Assembly: GCA_963787835.1 (NCBI GenBank)
Contig: CAWBEI010000002.1
Span: forward strand, 576,001 to 640,000
Direction: 5' to 3'
Length of the DNA: 64,000 bases
From: Ignavibacteriota bacterium
Lineage (GTDB): Bacteria; Bacteroidota; Ignavibacteria; Palsa-1295
The notes under the pieces are model-generated. The model had not been told where the DNA came from and did no database searches. It saw nothing but the letters and a program-made list of their open reading frames with translations. The position numbers and the translations under genes were made by a program. Below are positions 46,701-56,723 of the stretch, in pieces; positions within the stretch are counted from its first letter, which is position 1; each line of letters opens with the position of its first letter.

Positions 46701-48950
46701 TTTATCCGTAATGACCATCTCCAGCGGATCGCAGAACTCCGCAACGAACGCATTCCAATGGCCAACGGGGTTTGCGTCATGAGCGCCAGGGCTTGCGTAT
46801 TCACCGGTTGAGGTTTCGGTGTATCCACCCATAAACGGATGTCCCTGCCGGTCGATGTCGATGGCCAGACCGTAACCTCTTCGCCCATAATAGGTTCCCC
46901 ATTTCCGATGGCACGCACTGTCGAACTTGATCATGAACGGATTGTACGGGCCGAGCAGGGTCGTCTGGTATTCTCCGGGAGTCGAGATGCCGGACGCACT
47001 TCTAGTATAGCCGCTTGCAAAAAGGTTCTCAGAGGTATCGACTGCAATGGAATAGAGTTCATCAACCGAATCCCCTCCATAATAGGTGGCCCAGATTCGC
47101 TTGCCTGCGGTCGAAAATTTTGCCATGATAGCATCGTAACTGCCGGCCGAAGATGTTTGATAGGCTCCCGCCGTGGCATCGCCGGGATCGTTGGTGGTAC
47201 CGACAACATAGACCGTTCCCGTTCGGCTTGCCGCGATATTATAGAGCGTGGAACTATCGTCAAGGTAATACGTCGCCCAATCAAGCGCTCCCGTTGGCGA
47301 CCATTTGGAAATATAACCAGAACCCGGAGTCGTTTGATATGCCCCCGTCGTTGCGATACCGGAATCGCTTACGGTCGTGCCACTCATATAAATGTTATTG
47401 CTTCCATCAATGCTCACTTCTGCATTACCTTCGAACCTATCAATGTATTTGGTACTATTACCGCCAAAATACGTTGCCCAGTTCAATGTCCCTGCCGAAG
47501 CGAATTTTGCAATAAATGCATCGGTTGAAACCCCGTCGTTAAGATATTTTTGAGCACCAAGCGTAGCAATTCCGCTGTCTGATGCGTCTCCAACAACGGC
47601 GATGTTTTGTGAGCTGTCTATAGCTATGCCTGTCCCCAGGGAGTTGCCCTTGTTGGGTGGAACGGAGATAAATGGATTCGCCCTTGTCCATCCAACTCCT
47701 CGGATATATGTTCCCCATCTTCGGACACCGTTACTGTCGAACGACGCTAAAAACGCATCTTCGTTCCCTGGCCCAAACGTCGATTGAAACGAGCCGGAGG
47801 ACGCGATAACATTCGTGCTCGTTGTAAAACCCGTGACCACCATTCCACGATTGCTATCGCACGCGATCCCTCTGGGATAATCGTCACCACTGCCGCCGTA
47901 GTAGGTAGCCCACAGCAGGGTTCCCGTCGGTCCGAACTTTGCAATGTAACAATCGTCCCCGCCTCCGAGCGATGTTTCGAACGCCCCGCTCGTCGCGATA
48001 TTCGCCATACCGGTTGTCGATCCGGTTATATCCACGTTGCCGGAGCGATCGGCAGCCAGAGCTTGCAGATCCGTTTCATTTGCGGTATCAGCCCATCCGT
48101 AATAGGTTCCCCATATCCGCTGCGGATCAATGTAAAGATCGTGGGTTTGGTCATACGGCCCGGTCTCGAAACCAATACTGTTATCCTTCAGAAGAAAGCC
48201 ACATGGCACAGTCTTCTCCGATGTCCCTTCGAGTTGATAGCCATTGGGTTTCGTCTCGTCAACGTTGCCAAATGGCGATGCCAGATGAAACGAACCATCC
48301 TCATCCACCGAGAGCGAGGTCACATGATCGTAGCTCATCTGAATCGCGCTCGGGTCGCCGCCGGGATGGACGATGAAATCATATTCTAAATAATCTTGCG
48401 CATCAGGATGCTCTGTGTAAAGAACGAGATCGATGTTCGGATACATATTTCGATAGACGATCTTCTGGAATCCGGGAACATGAGTGATACCATCCGGACA
48501 ATTCGAGAGGTAGTAATTGGTGTAATCGGGAGTCTCGTCGCCGGCAATAATTTCGGCATCGGGATTCGAGCCGAGAAATTTCACATCCACGCGGTATAGC
48601 GCAAGAGTGTCGTTGTTCAGTCCGACCTCTCCCCTGCCCCTCTCCTTGGAAAGGAGAGAGGTTCTGGAACGCTTCGAAAACACATAATGCATGGAGCCTT
48701 TCGTGAAATACGTCTTCAGGCCATACCCATCGAGCGTGTAAAGCACTTCCGGCATCGGCTTCCCATATTGATCGGAAAGCTGACCGCGATTAGGAATAAA
48801 TTTCAAGCCGCTCGATGTGCCGAGCGTTTGCAACTCCGTGGAGGTAGTGAGGCCGCGTTTCTGGCTGGACTGCGCAACCGCTCGCTCCGCTTGCAATAGC
48901 AAGCAGAACAACAGGATGGCGGACATTATATTTCGTAGGGTCCACAACAT
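43733..48950 (-). pseudogene. large SBBP beta-propeller plus Ig-repeat T9SS protein split by a +1 frameshift near 46007 (or a sequencing error)
   Basis: ORF 45873-48950 (signal, SBBP repeats WATYYGG, Ig repeats) continues into ORF 43733-46033 (Ig repeats, CTD IYPNP...SSGAYRL) if one base is removed from GTT-C-TAT. Confidence 0.78.
48625..48661 (-). repeat. in-frame palindromic element (CCCTCTCC/GGAGAGGG family) in SBBP gene
   Basis: Minus strand cctctctcctttccaaggagaggggcaggggagaggt encoding SLLSKERGRGEV. Confidence 0.72.
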
Positions 48951-49054
48951 ATAGGACGGCGATAACGAACGGGTTGATAATGCACTTCTGACATAAATAA
49001 TGCCGGAGGAAAAACCTTTAATACCTCTTTTGCAACAAGTGTCTGCATCCGCCG

Positions 49055-49062
49055 TAATTTTG
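49055..49062 (+). promoter_or_regulatory. TAnnTTTG (-7) promoter element
   Basis: TAATTTTG, TTTG at about 49029, only 4 nt before the ATG. Confidence 0.55.
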
Positions 49063-49066
49063 CGGT

Positions 49067-50221
49067 ATGCGAATAAGCGTACTCATTATGGCTGGCGGGG
49101 TCGGCTCGCGGTTTTGGCCGGAGAGCCGGTCCAAAAAGCCCAAACAATTGCTCGATGTCGTCACTCCCGGCATTTCGCTCATTCAGGCAACGGTGCAGCG
49201 GACGCTCCTCTTTGCGGATATTGCCGATACACTGATCGTCACGAACGAAGCCCAGCGCGAAGAACTGGAACGTCAGCTACCCGATCTTCCGAAAGCCAAC
49301 ATTATCTCCGAACCGATGGGCCGTAACACCGCTCCCTGCATTGCGCTCGGCGCGAGAATGATCCGCGAGCGCATGCGCATGACCGATCATGCGGTTGAGG
49401 AAACGGTGATGATCGTGCTGCCGGCAGATCATGTCATCCGGAATGAACAGGAATTTGCGCGGCTCATGAAGCTTGCCGCTCGGCTTGCCCATGAAACGCA
49501 CGGGCTTATCACGGTTGGTATCCATCCCACGCGCGCCGAGACGGGATTCGGCTATATCCAACTCGATGATGAGCGCCTGCCCTCGCAAAAAGAGTTACCG
49601 ATCTTTTCGGAGTTCGAACTGCGCGACATCTTTAACGTAAAGCGTTTCGCCGAAAAGCCGGATGTCGATACGGCGCGACGGTTCGTCGAGAGCGGAGATT
49701 TTCTCTGGAATAGCGGCATGTTCATCTGGCGCGTCGATGCGATCGAGCAGGCGCTGCGCCAGTACACGCCGGAGATCATGGAACAAATGGATACGCTGCC
49801 CGTCCACACGTCTTCCAACTTCAATACGCAACTGCGGGAAGTTTATAGCACCGTGCGCGGCGTCTCCATCGATTACGGCGTGATGGAACCTGCGTCTGCC
49901 GTTGGTCAGAAAGCGAAAGTATTTGTGCTCCGCGCAGGCGCGCTGGGATGGAGCGATGTCGGGAGCTGGGATGAAGTGTATCGCCTGAGCGAAAAGGATT
50001 TAGAGAACAATGTGCTTATTGGCAGCCATGTCGTAGCACGAAATTCCCGTGGTTGCCTCGTCATCTCTCGGAACGATCAACTCGTGCTCACGTATGGCAT
50101 GACGGACGCCATTGTCATCAATACGGGCAACGCGATCCTCATCTCCCGCCGCGACCAGGCGCAGGGCATCCGCGATGTTGTGGACTATTTAAAGCGACGG
50201 CAGATGACGGAGTTTTTGTGA
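49067..50221 (+). CDS. manC: mannose-1-phosphate guanylyltransferase
   Basis: MAGGVGSRFWP.SR..PKQ, EPMGRNTAP, F.EKP, WNSGMF, SIDYGVME, WSDVGSW. Confidence 0.93.
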   Translation: MRISVLIMAGGVGSRFWPESRSKKPKQLLDVVTPGISLIQATVQRTLLFADIADTLIVTNEAQREELERQLPDLPKANIISEPMGRNTAPCIALGARMIRERMRMTDHAVEETVMIVLPADHVIRNEQEFARLMKLAARLAHETHGLITVGIHPTRAETGFGYIQLDDERLPSQKELPIFSEFELRDIFNVKRFAEKPDVDTARRFVESGDFLWNSGMFIWRVDAIEQALRQYTPEIMEQMDTLPVHTSSNFNTQLREVYSTVRGVSIDYGVMEPASAVGQKAKVFVLRAGALGWSDVGSWDEVYRLSEKDLENNVLIGSHVVARNSRGCLVISRNDQLVLTYGMTDAIVINTGNAILISRRDQAQGIRDVVDYLKRRQMTEFL

Positions 50222-50224
50222 GAA

Positions 50225-50621
50225 TCAGCGAATTAATTGCACATCGATTTCTGCTTTTGCTCGAATAAAATCCGAATCGAGTGTCAGAAGTCTCAGACCA
50301 AAGAAGGAAGCAATGCAAGCTTGATATGCATCGTCAAAATCTAAATTAAAGCGGACATGATAATCGAGAAGTCGGTCGTAACTTTCGACCGGTAGTTCAA
50401 GCACGCGGAGTCTGGGGGCAAGGTCGTGGAAGAAATTCCTGAACAGATCATGACGCTTATATCGCAGAAGAATGAGGCCAACAGCATGCAGTGAAAAATC
50501 ACTGATCGTTAAATGATCTGATTGCCGAAGGAGTGCGTTCTCGACACAAATGCGCTCGCTCTTGGTCGAGCAATACCTCAAGAAAAACTCCAGAATCGGT
50601 CAGCATCCATTCATCAGCCAT
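50225..50621 (-). pseudogene. PIN-domain toxin with +1 frameshift near 50543
   Basis: Frame 1 from 50621: MADEWMLTDSGVFLEVLLDQERAHLC; frame 2: ENALLRQSDHLTISDFSLH...LDFDDAYQ...TLDSDF. Confidence 0.75.
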
Positions 50622-50850
50622 GATCGGACATCCAATCCAACGCGTTCTTCTTGAGGTCGCGCGAAGTAAATTGCTGCTTGAGATCAGAAAGACCGCCTGC
50701 CCACGAGAATGTCATCGGCGGCAGATCGCACTTCGATTCTTGCTGTGAAACAAGGAACTCGATAAAATCCTCAGCTTCTAACCGTTTGAGTGCAGGGAGC
50801 CGTTCTATCCGCTCGACGAGTGTTCTGGAATCCATATCACTGTAACACAT
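50614..50850 (-). CDS. DUF2281-type antitoxin
   Basis: IERLP.....EAEDFIEFL...FSWAGGLSDLK..FTS..L...ALDW; start probably MDSRT at 50835. Confidence 0.8.
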   Translation of the reverse strand: MCYSDMDSRTLVERIERLPALKRLEAEDFIEFLVSQQESKCDLPPMTFSWAGGLSDLKQQFTSRDLKKNALDWMSDHG

Positions 50851-50896
50851 GAACTATGCAGATAGAATTCCAATAACATAGACACAAAAGTAGATG

Positions 50897-52456
50897 TTAT
50901 TGGGTCTGCAAAATAAATTCCACCCTCCTGTTTTGCGCGCGCCCTTCCTCGGTGGTGTTCGTGGCGATGGGTTTTGCGGAGCCGTAACCGATCGTAGATA
51001 GCCGCTCCGGCGCAATGCCGTTCTCGGTGAGGTAGGCCACCACTGCCTCGGCGCGACCGCTTGCAAGCTTAACATTATGCTTTTCGGTGCCCGTGCTATC
51101 GGTATATCCCGCGATCTGAAGCTTGAATTCCGGGTGTGCTATGAGCAATTCTTTTACGCGGCCGAGTTCCGTGAACGAGGCCGGAAGCAGTGTTGCCTTA
51201 TCGGTCTCAAAGAAGACATTCTTCATCGTGATGGCAGTGCCGCTTTCGATCTTGTTCAACCGCAGGTCCCGCTCGACCGACTGAAATGTGGATAGTTTTG
51301 TGAGATCGATATTCTCGCTCGTTGGAAAATATCCTTCTCGTTCGGCGCGAATGCTATAGTTCTCACCGGCGGGCAACGAGATCTGGTATTCGCCGGACGC
51401 TGGATCGCTTCGGGCCGTACCAAGCAACGTTCCATCTCGCAGCCGCTCGTACCTAATTTGCGCGGCGATGGGCTTTCCGGCTCCATCGGTTACGTTCCCA
51501 TGAATGAGCGCAACAGCCATTTCCCGTTCCACGCGCACGCGGAAAATATCGCTCTGGTCACCAGCGGTACGTTTCCATGCAATGAATGCATACGTCCCTG
51601 CGGCATCTTCCGTATAATAACTGGTGCGACCAGGACGGTTGACCGATCGTCCAAGATTTTCGGGCTTTGACCAATGCTGCCAGGTATCATCCAACCGTCG
51701 GGAACGATAGACGTCCACATCCCCAACTTCGCCCGGACGGTCACTGGAAAAATAAAGCGTCCGGTTATCGGATGCAAGATAGGGCGTCATTTCAGCATAC
51801 CGGCTATTGATGTCAGAGCCGAGCCATAGCGGAGTCTTCCACGAATGGGACGAATCGTCGAAAAAACTGACATACAGATCACGATCACCCAGAGAAGAAT
51901 CCCGATCGACCGCCATCAGGAGTGTCCGCTGATTCGGCCCGAAACTATAATCGGTATATAGTCCATGCGCATGAAGATTCTGTATCTTGATCGCCTCGGG
52001 GATGGACCATCCTGTCGATGTTCTGTGCGTCACATATACCCGTTCATCCGGCGGCGAATCGCTGTGCATTTTGCCGATGAGATAGAGTGTGTTGTTGTCG
52101 GGTGAAACGGAACTTACGGCAATGCCATACGCACTCGCAAGATTTCCTCCGACTAATTGTGGCGCGGAAAAAACGGAATCATTCGTTATATGGCTCGCCC
52201 AAATATCAAAGACGGTACTGGAATCCATCCCAAGCCTGGTTCGCGTAAAATACAGCGTTTTTCCGTCGGCAGAAATGACAGGGAGCAGTTCACTTTGGTC
52301 GGGTGTGCTGATCGAAAGCGGGAGTTTTTGAAAGCCGCTCTGCGCGTTTGCTGAAAGGATGAAGCATGAAGAATGAAATATGAAAAGAAAGGCCGCTGCA
52401 GTTGCGTGCAAGAGGAAGCTTTTGTTCGGTTTTATTATACAGCGATGGATAGTCAT
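50897..52456 (-). CDS. OmpA-family protein with PD40 propeller (PorE-like, no TPR)
   Basis: PD40 repeats (P.ISADGKTLYF, LYFSSDRPG), carboxypeptidase-regulatory domain, GYTDS.G...N..L...RA, RAQNRRVE. Confidence 0.88.
   Translation of the reverse strand: MTIHRCIIKPNKSFLLHATAAAFLFIFHSSCFILSANAQSGFQKLPLSISTPDQSELLPVISADGKTLYFTRTRLGMDSSTVFDIWASHITNDSVFSAPQLVGGNLASAYGIAVSSVSPDNNTLYLIGKMHSDSPPDERVYVTHRTSTGWSIPEAIKIQNLHAHGLYTDYSFGPNQRTLLMAVDRDSSLGDRDLYVSFFDDSSHSWKTPLWLGSDINSRYAEMTPYLASDNRTLYFSSDRPGEVGDVDVYRSRRLDDTWQHWSKPENLGRSVNRPGRTSYYTEDAAGTYAFIAWKRTAGDQSDIFRVRVEREMAVALIHGNVTDGAGKPIAAQIRYERLRDGTLLGTARSDPASGEYQISLPAGENYSIRAEREGYFPTSENIDLTKLSTFQSVERDLRLNKIESGTAITMKNVFFETDKATLLPASFTELGRVKELLIAHPEFKLQIAGYTDSTGTEKHNVKLASGRAEAVVAYLTENGIAPERLSTIGYGSAKPIATNTTEEGRAQNRRVEFILQTQ
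52352..52387 (-). repeat. in-frame heptamer array (TGAAGAA-like) forming part of the OmpA signal peptide
   Basis: Plus strand tgaaagga tgaagca tgaagaa tgaaata tgaaaag; minus strand encodes LFIFHSSCFILS. Confidence 0.68.
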
Positions 52457-52508
52457 AGATCGGGGTTGTGCAACAAACTTTTATCCCTATTTGTCCGGTT
52501 TAGGGAAC

Positions 52509-55500
52509 ATGGCATTCCAAGATCTGCACCCGAATTTGTCTATTCATTCGAAATGGTGGTTATTAGTTGTTTTCCTGTTCCTGTTTCAGGGTCTTTTCCT
52601 ATTTCAGAATACAGGGATTGCACAAACCACGACTTCTGACGCACATTCTTCTGTCACTCCTAAACCGGCCATCCATCCTCACAAAAAGCATGGACGCCAT
52701 CGCAGAAAACATTTGCGCCCAGCCAAGAAGCCAGCGTTGATCCAAAGCCAGATCAGCCCTAAGATCCAAAGCCCGATGAAGTTCCACACCCCGCGCCCCG
52801 GCGCAGGTGGAGAAGAACGAAGCGACAAGTGGTTCTATCTCCGGCGCGCGTGGCCGAACCAAACGATCGATCCTTCCTTCTATCCTAATGCGCTTGCTCA
52901 GGCTGCAAAAATGCCAGTGCTCTCACAGCACGTTGGAAAAGATGGCACGCTCTCCGAGATGCAATGGCAGAGCATCGGCCCCAATTCGATCGATGGCCGC
53001 GTGACCTGTGTCGCCACACATCCTACGGATTCCAACACATTTTATATCGGCGCCGCTGCCGGAGGGCTCTGGAAAACCACCGATCACGGCGGAAGCTGGA
53101 CGTGCGTGACCGATACCTTCGGCAGTTTACCTGTTGGATGCGTAACCATCGATCCCACGCAACCGCAAACGATCTACCTCGGGCTTGGCGAATGCAATGA
53201 AAGCGGTGATTCCTATCCTGGCGATGGCCTTTGGAAATCTACGGACGGCGGGAACTCGTGGAGCTACCTTGGATTTGCGGCGGCGCAATATATTGCAAAA
53301 GTGCTCATTGACCCACGAAATCATGAGCAATTGTTCGTCGCAAGCCCTGGGCCGAATAGTTCCTCCGATACCAACCGCGGAATTTTTCGATCTACCGATG
53401 GCGGCGCAACCTGGACTCGTTCACTTTCGGGCGGCTTCTCGGCTCCTGCTGTCAACGGATGTTCGGTCGATACCATTCGTGCAGGTTTTATCGACGTAGC
53501 CATGAACCCTAACAACTCTGGCGAACTCGTTGCAGCAGCCTGGGACCATTCATTAACGATCGGCGCAGGGTTCTGCCCCGGTGGATCGGGTGGGCCAAAT
53601 ACCGGCATCTATCGTTCTACCGATACGGGCAAGACATGGGCGAGGATCGATACACTCTCCAACGGTCTTCCCAACGGCAAGAAATATGGCGTGCTTGGCC
53701 GTATCGCATTTTTGTGGACGGTGGCGCTCGGCGAGGTTACGACACCGGATTATCTTTTTGCCGGATACATTCGCACGGACACGAATCCCGTTACCCATGT
53801 TTTGAGCGATGAAAATTTCGAGGGGTTATACCGCTCGTCCGATGAGGGCATATCGTGGACAAAAGTACTTGATTCCACCATAAAGATCCCGATGGGTGGC
53901 ATTCAAAATAAGGACAGCGCGAATATCACGAACGCACAGGGAGGTTACGATTTCTTTCTGGCGGCGGGACCGATTACCACTCCCGTCGGAAGCCCCAATA
54001 TTTATATTGGTGGGATCGATATTTTCCGTTCCACCGATCTGGGACTTACGTTCTCAAACATAACGACTTCCTATCTCAATTATTACGCGAAAGATAATAG
54101 GGAGCAGCATTCCGATCAGCATGGGCTGGCGTTCACCGCTGCGACATCGGGAACCGATATGATCGTTGTTTCCGATGGCGGGGTGTTTAACACGCATGAT
54201 TTTGGAACAAACTGGAGCCAGACGAAAGGCCTTCCCATCACGATGTTCTACTCCATCTTGCCCTGGGCGCCCGGCATGGTCAATACGCCGGCAACCATTT
54301 CGGCGTCCGATCTGAAAGTGCTGGGCGGTACGCAGGATAATGGCACCGACGCGCACGGATTGACAAGCAGTTCTGAGTCTTTCGCAACCGACTCCGATTT
54401 TGCATGGATCAGTCAGGGCGATGGAGGAATGTGCGCTTCGCTGCCTGCCGATTCGACGAAGCTTATTACTTCCGCAGCGATAGGAGCCATTTTTGCACGC
54501 AATACTTTGGACTCGCTGGTGCCCAATCCACTCGGAACGTTCGACACCACGCACGACACGCTCCCCAGATGGCATACGCTTTCCACCCGATTGCTGTATG
54601 GCACTGACCGGTTGACCGATACCAATGAGTCCGCAGGATTTGTCGTCCCGATCGTGCTGGATAACGAGCGCATCACCGATCTTTATACCGCCCGGTGCCA
54701 TATCTATCATGCTGTGCTGGACTGGAACGACCTGGAGAATACAAAGTGGTACGACTGGTCGCCGGTGATCGCTGGGGACATTACAGATGATTCCATTTGG
54801 TATTACGGCGATATTGAAACCATCGCCCTCGGCCCGCGCGATGCCTCTGGCAATCCCATGCTTTGGGCTGGCGGTTACAGCGCAACCGCCGGAACGGAAG
54901 TGTGGCGAACGTATGTCAATCCGGCGCGCGCCGATACCGCTCCGCCCAAATGGGTCTCAAAGAGGACTGGAGTGCCAACCGTTAACGTCGCGCAGATCGT
55001 ACCGGATCGAAGCGATTCGCTGACAGCCTTCCTCTGTACCTCCGCAGCATCGAACGTCGATCATGTGATGAAAACGATCAATGGCGGCACACGCTGGACG
55101 GATATTTCCGGGAATCTTCCCGAATCGCCCGTGAGCGCCATCGTGATCGATACGCTGGCGGAACAAGGGAACCCCTTGCTAAAAAATCAATGCATCATCG
55201 CCGCTACGGACGTCGGTGTGTTTGTGACGACCAACGGCGGTGCCCAATGGGAACAACTTGGAACCGGCTTGCCGCACATGATCGTCACCGATCTCAAGAT
55301 CTATAAGAACATGCTGATCGCCTCCGTCTATGGCCGTTCGCTCTGGGCATTAGATATCAGTGGCATTCAGGCAGTTCAATCTGGTGTGGCTTCGGATGTA
55401 GTGAGCGCACTGCCCTCCATCTCCATTTTCCCGAATCCAGTGCTCGGAAGTCAGGTGTTTTCTCTCTCCTTATCGGGGAGCGATCGACCCGTTACCTCAT

Positions 55501-55673
55501 GCCGTCTCATTCAGGAATCGAGCGGGGAAACATTCGGTGCAACGATACAAAATAATACTGCCGGTTCGTATAATGTTGTGCCGGCAACGAAACTTGCTGC
55601 CGGAGCCTACCTCGTCCAAATTTTCAACGAGAACCAACTGATCGGACAGAATCGTGTTTCGATCATACCGTAA
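52509..55673 (+). CDS. VPS10/BNR beta-propeller (GH74-like) T9SS cargo
   Basis: WQSIGP...GRV, GG.WK.TD.G.SW repeats, HSDQH, GGTQDNG; CTD IFPNP...LAAGAYLV. Confidence 0.85.
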   Translation: MAFQDLHPNLSIHSKWWLLVVFLFLFQGLFLFQNTGIAQTTTSDAHSSVTPKPAIHPHKKHGRHRRKHLRPAKKPALIQSQISPKIQSPMKFHTPRPGAGGEERSDKWFYLRRAWPNQTIDPSFYPNALAQAAKMPVLSQHVGKDGTLSEMQWQSIGPNSIDGRVTCVATHPTDSNTFYIGAAAGGLWKTTDHGGSWTCVTDTFGSLPVGCVTIDPTQPQTIYLGLGECNESGDSYPGDGLWKSTDGGNSWSYLGFAAAQYIAKVLIDPRNHEQLFVASPGPNSSSDTNRGIFRSTDGGATWTRSLSGGFSAPAVNGCSVDTIRAGFIDVAMNPNNSGELVAAAWDHSLTIGAGFCPGGSGGPNTGIYRSTDTGKTWARIDTLSNGLPNGKKYGVLGRIAFLWTVALGEVTTPDYLFAGYIRTDTNPVTHVLSDENFEGLYRSSDEGISWTKVLDSTIKIPMGGIQNKDSANITNAQGGYDFFLAAGPITTPVGSPNIYIGGIDIFRSTDLGLTFSNITTSYLNYYAKDNREQHSDQHGLAFTAATSGTDMIVVSDGGVFNTHDFGTNWSQTKGLPITMFYSILPWAPGMVNTPATISASDLKVLGGTQDNGTDAHGLTSSSESFATDSDFAWISQGDGGMCASLPADSTKLITSAAIGAIFARNTLDSLVPNPLGTFDTTHDTLPRWHTLSTRLLYGTDRLTDTNESAGFVVPIVLDNERITDLYTARCHIYHAVLDWNDLENTKWYDWSPVIAGDITDDSIWYYGDIETIALGPRDASGNPMLWAGGYSATAGTEVWRTYVNPARADTAPPKWVSKRTGVPTVNVAQIVPDRSDSLTAFLCTSAASNVDHVMKTINGGTRWTDISGNLPESPVSAIVIDTLAEQGNPLLKNQCIIAATDVGVFVTTNGGAQWEQLGTGLPHMIVTDLKIYKNMLIASVYGRSLWALDISGIQAVQSGVASDVVSALPSISIFPNPVLGSQVFSLSLSGSDRPVTSCRLIQESSGETFGATIQNNTAGSYNVVPATKLAAGAYLVQIFNENQLIGQNRVSIIP

Positions 55674-55680
55674 CGCCGGC

Positions 55681-56712
55681 ATGTCGATCATGAACGATGA
55701 ACCCGCGTTGACAAGGCATCGTGAACTCGCTCGATCCTTACGACGGATATCGAGGAACATTTTCTGCAGGGCGCTCGCGGGTTTTCTCCTTTTTGCTTCC
55801 GTTCCCTTTTTGTCTGCGAGCGCCCAGCAGCGTCATAAGCCGGGGCACACACCGCAGATCAAACCCGATATGCTGACCCTGCGCTACAAACCGCAGGCCG
55901 GTACGCTGCTCTATAACATTCACACATCGATCAATCAAAATGTCCATTCGGGGTCGAGCGATTTCAAAGGTGTGCTTGGCAGCGCTGCGCAGATCGCATT
56001 TCATAATCTGGCGATCGATTATAAAAAGGGAATCTGGAGCTTTGAAGAATATTTCACCAAATTCGATGTCGCCGGTCATGACATCTGGGGGGATTCTATT
56101 TCGTTGAATGAAAGCTGGGCGGTCAATCGAATTTCCGATCTCACCTACGATATGCAGGGGGACGAGTTAAGCAACATTATCCGGGACACCCTAAAATTGC
56201 TCAATGCGGAAGCACAGACCAACGCCTATTTCTTCGAACCTCCGCGCATGCTTATTCCTTTGCCAGAACACACCGTCACCTACGGCGATACCTGGAACGA
56301 GCATCGAACGGATACCGTCCCCGTCCGGGACACGATCAACACCGGAACGACGACCGGAGAATATATTTATGATGTCTATCGCACATACCGCCTTGCACGG
56401 TTGCTCGATACCAACAATCGTTACTATGCCATCATCGTTGCAACCGATAGCGGTCTCTTCCAGGGCTTTCAGACGAATTCCGAAACGAAAGTCACCACAC
56501 AGGTCTCCGGTCCGATCGGCGGAACGGACACCACCGTTCTGGATCTTTTTTCAGGATGCGTGATCAAACGAACGCTCGATATGTCGATTCCAACCACGGT
56601 CACCATTGCATCCACCCCTCCATTCACGGACAAACTTACTGTTCACTCCGTGGTGAATCTGGATGAGTCCAATGCAACGATATTAAAGAACGATCCTCCC
56701 GAGCAGCACTGA
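55681..56712 (+). CDS. hypothetical exported protein
   Basis: Signal-like segment ending ASA-Q; LRYKP..G, P...V..GDTW pattern; start uncertain. Confidence 0.65.
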   Translation: MSIMNDEPALTRHRELARSLRRISRNIFCRALAGFLLFASVPFLSASAQQRHKPGHTPQIKPDMLTLRYKPQAGTLLYNIHTSINQNVHSGSSDFKGVLGSAAQIAFHNLAIDYKKGIWSFEEYFTKFDVAGHDIWGDSISLNESWAVNRISDLTYDMQGDELSNIIRDTLKLLNAEAQTNAYFFEPPRMLIPLPEHTVTYGDTWNEHRTDTVPVRDTINTGTTTGEYIYDVYRTYRLARLLDTNNRYYAIIVATDSGLFQGFQTNSETKVTTQVSGPIGGTDTTVLDLFSGCVIKRTLDMSIPTTVTIASTPPFTDKLTVHSVVNLDESNATILKNDPPEQH

Positions 56713-56723
56713 ATCCACGCGCC

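Noticed and set aside
43733-48950. Programmed frameshift or diversity-generating retroelement target
   Set aside because: No slippery heptamer or homopolymer, no reverse transcriptase, no template/variable repeat pair seen
52380-52508. Extended N-terminus overlapping the divergent OmpA gene
   Set aside because: Start at 52509 gives a better signal region and removes the overlap
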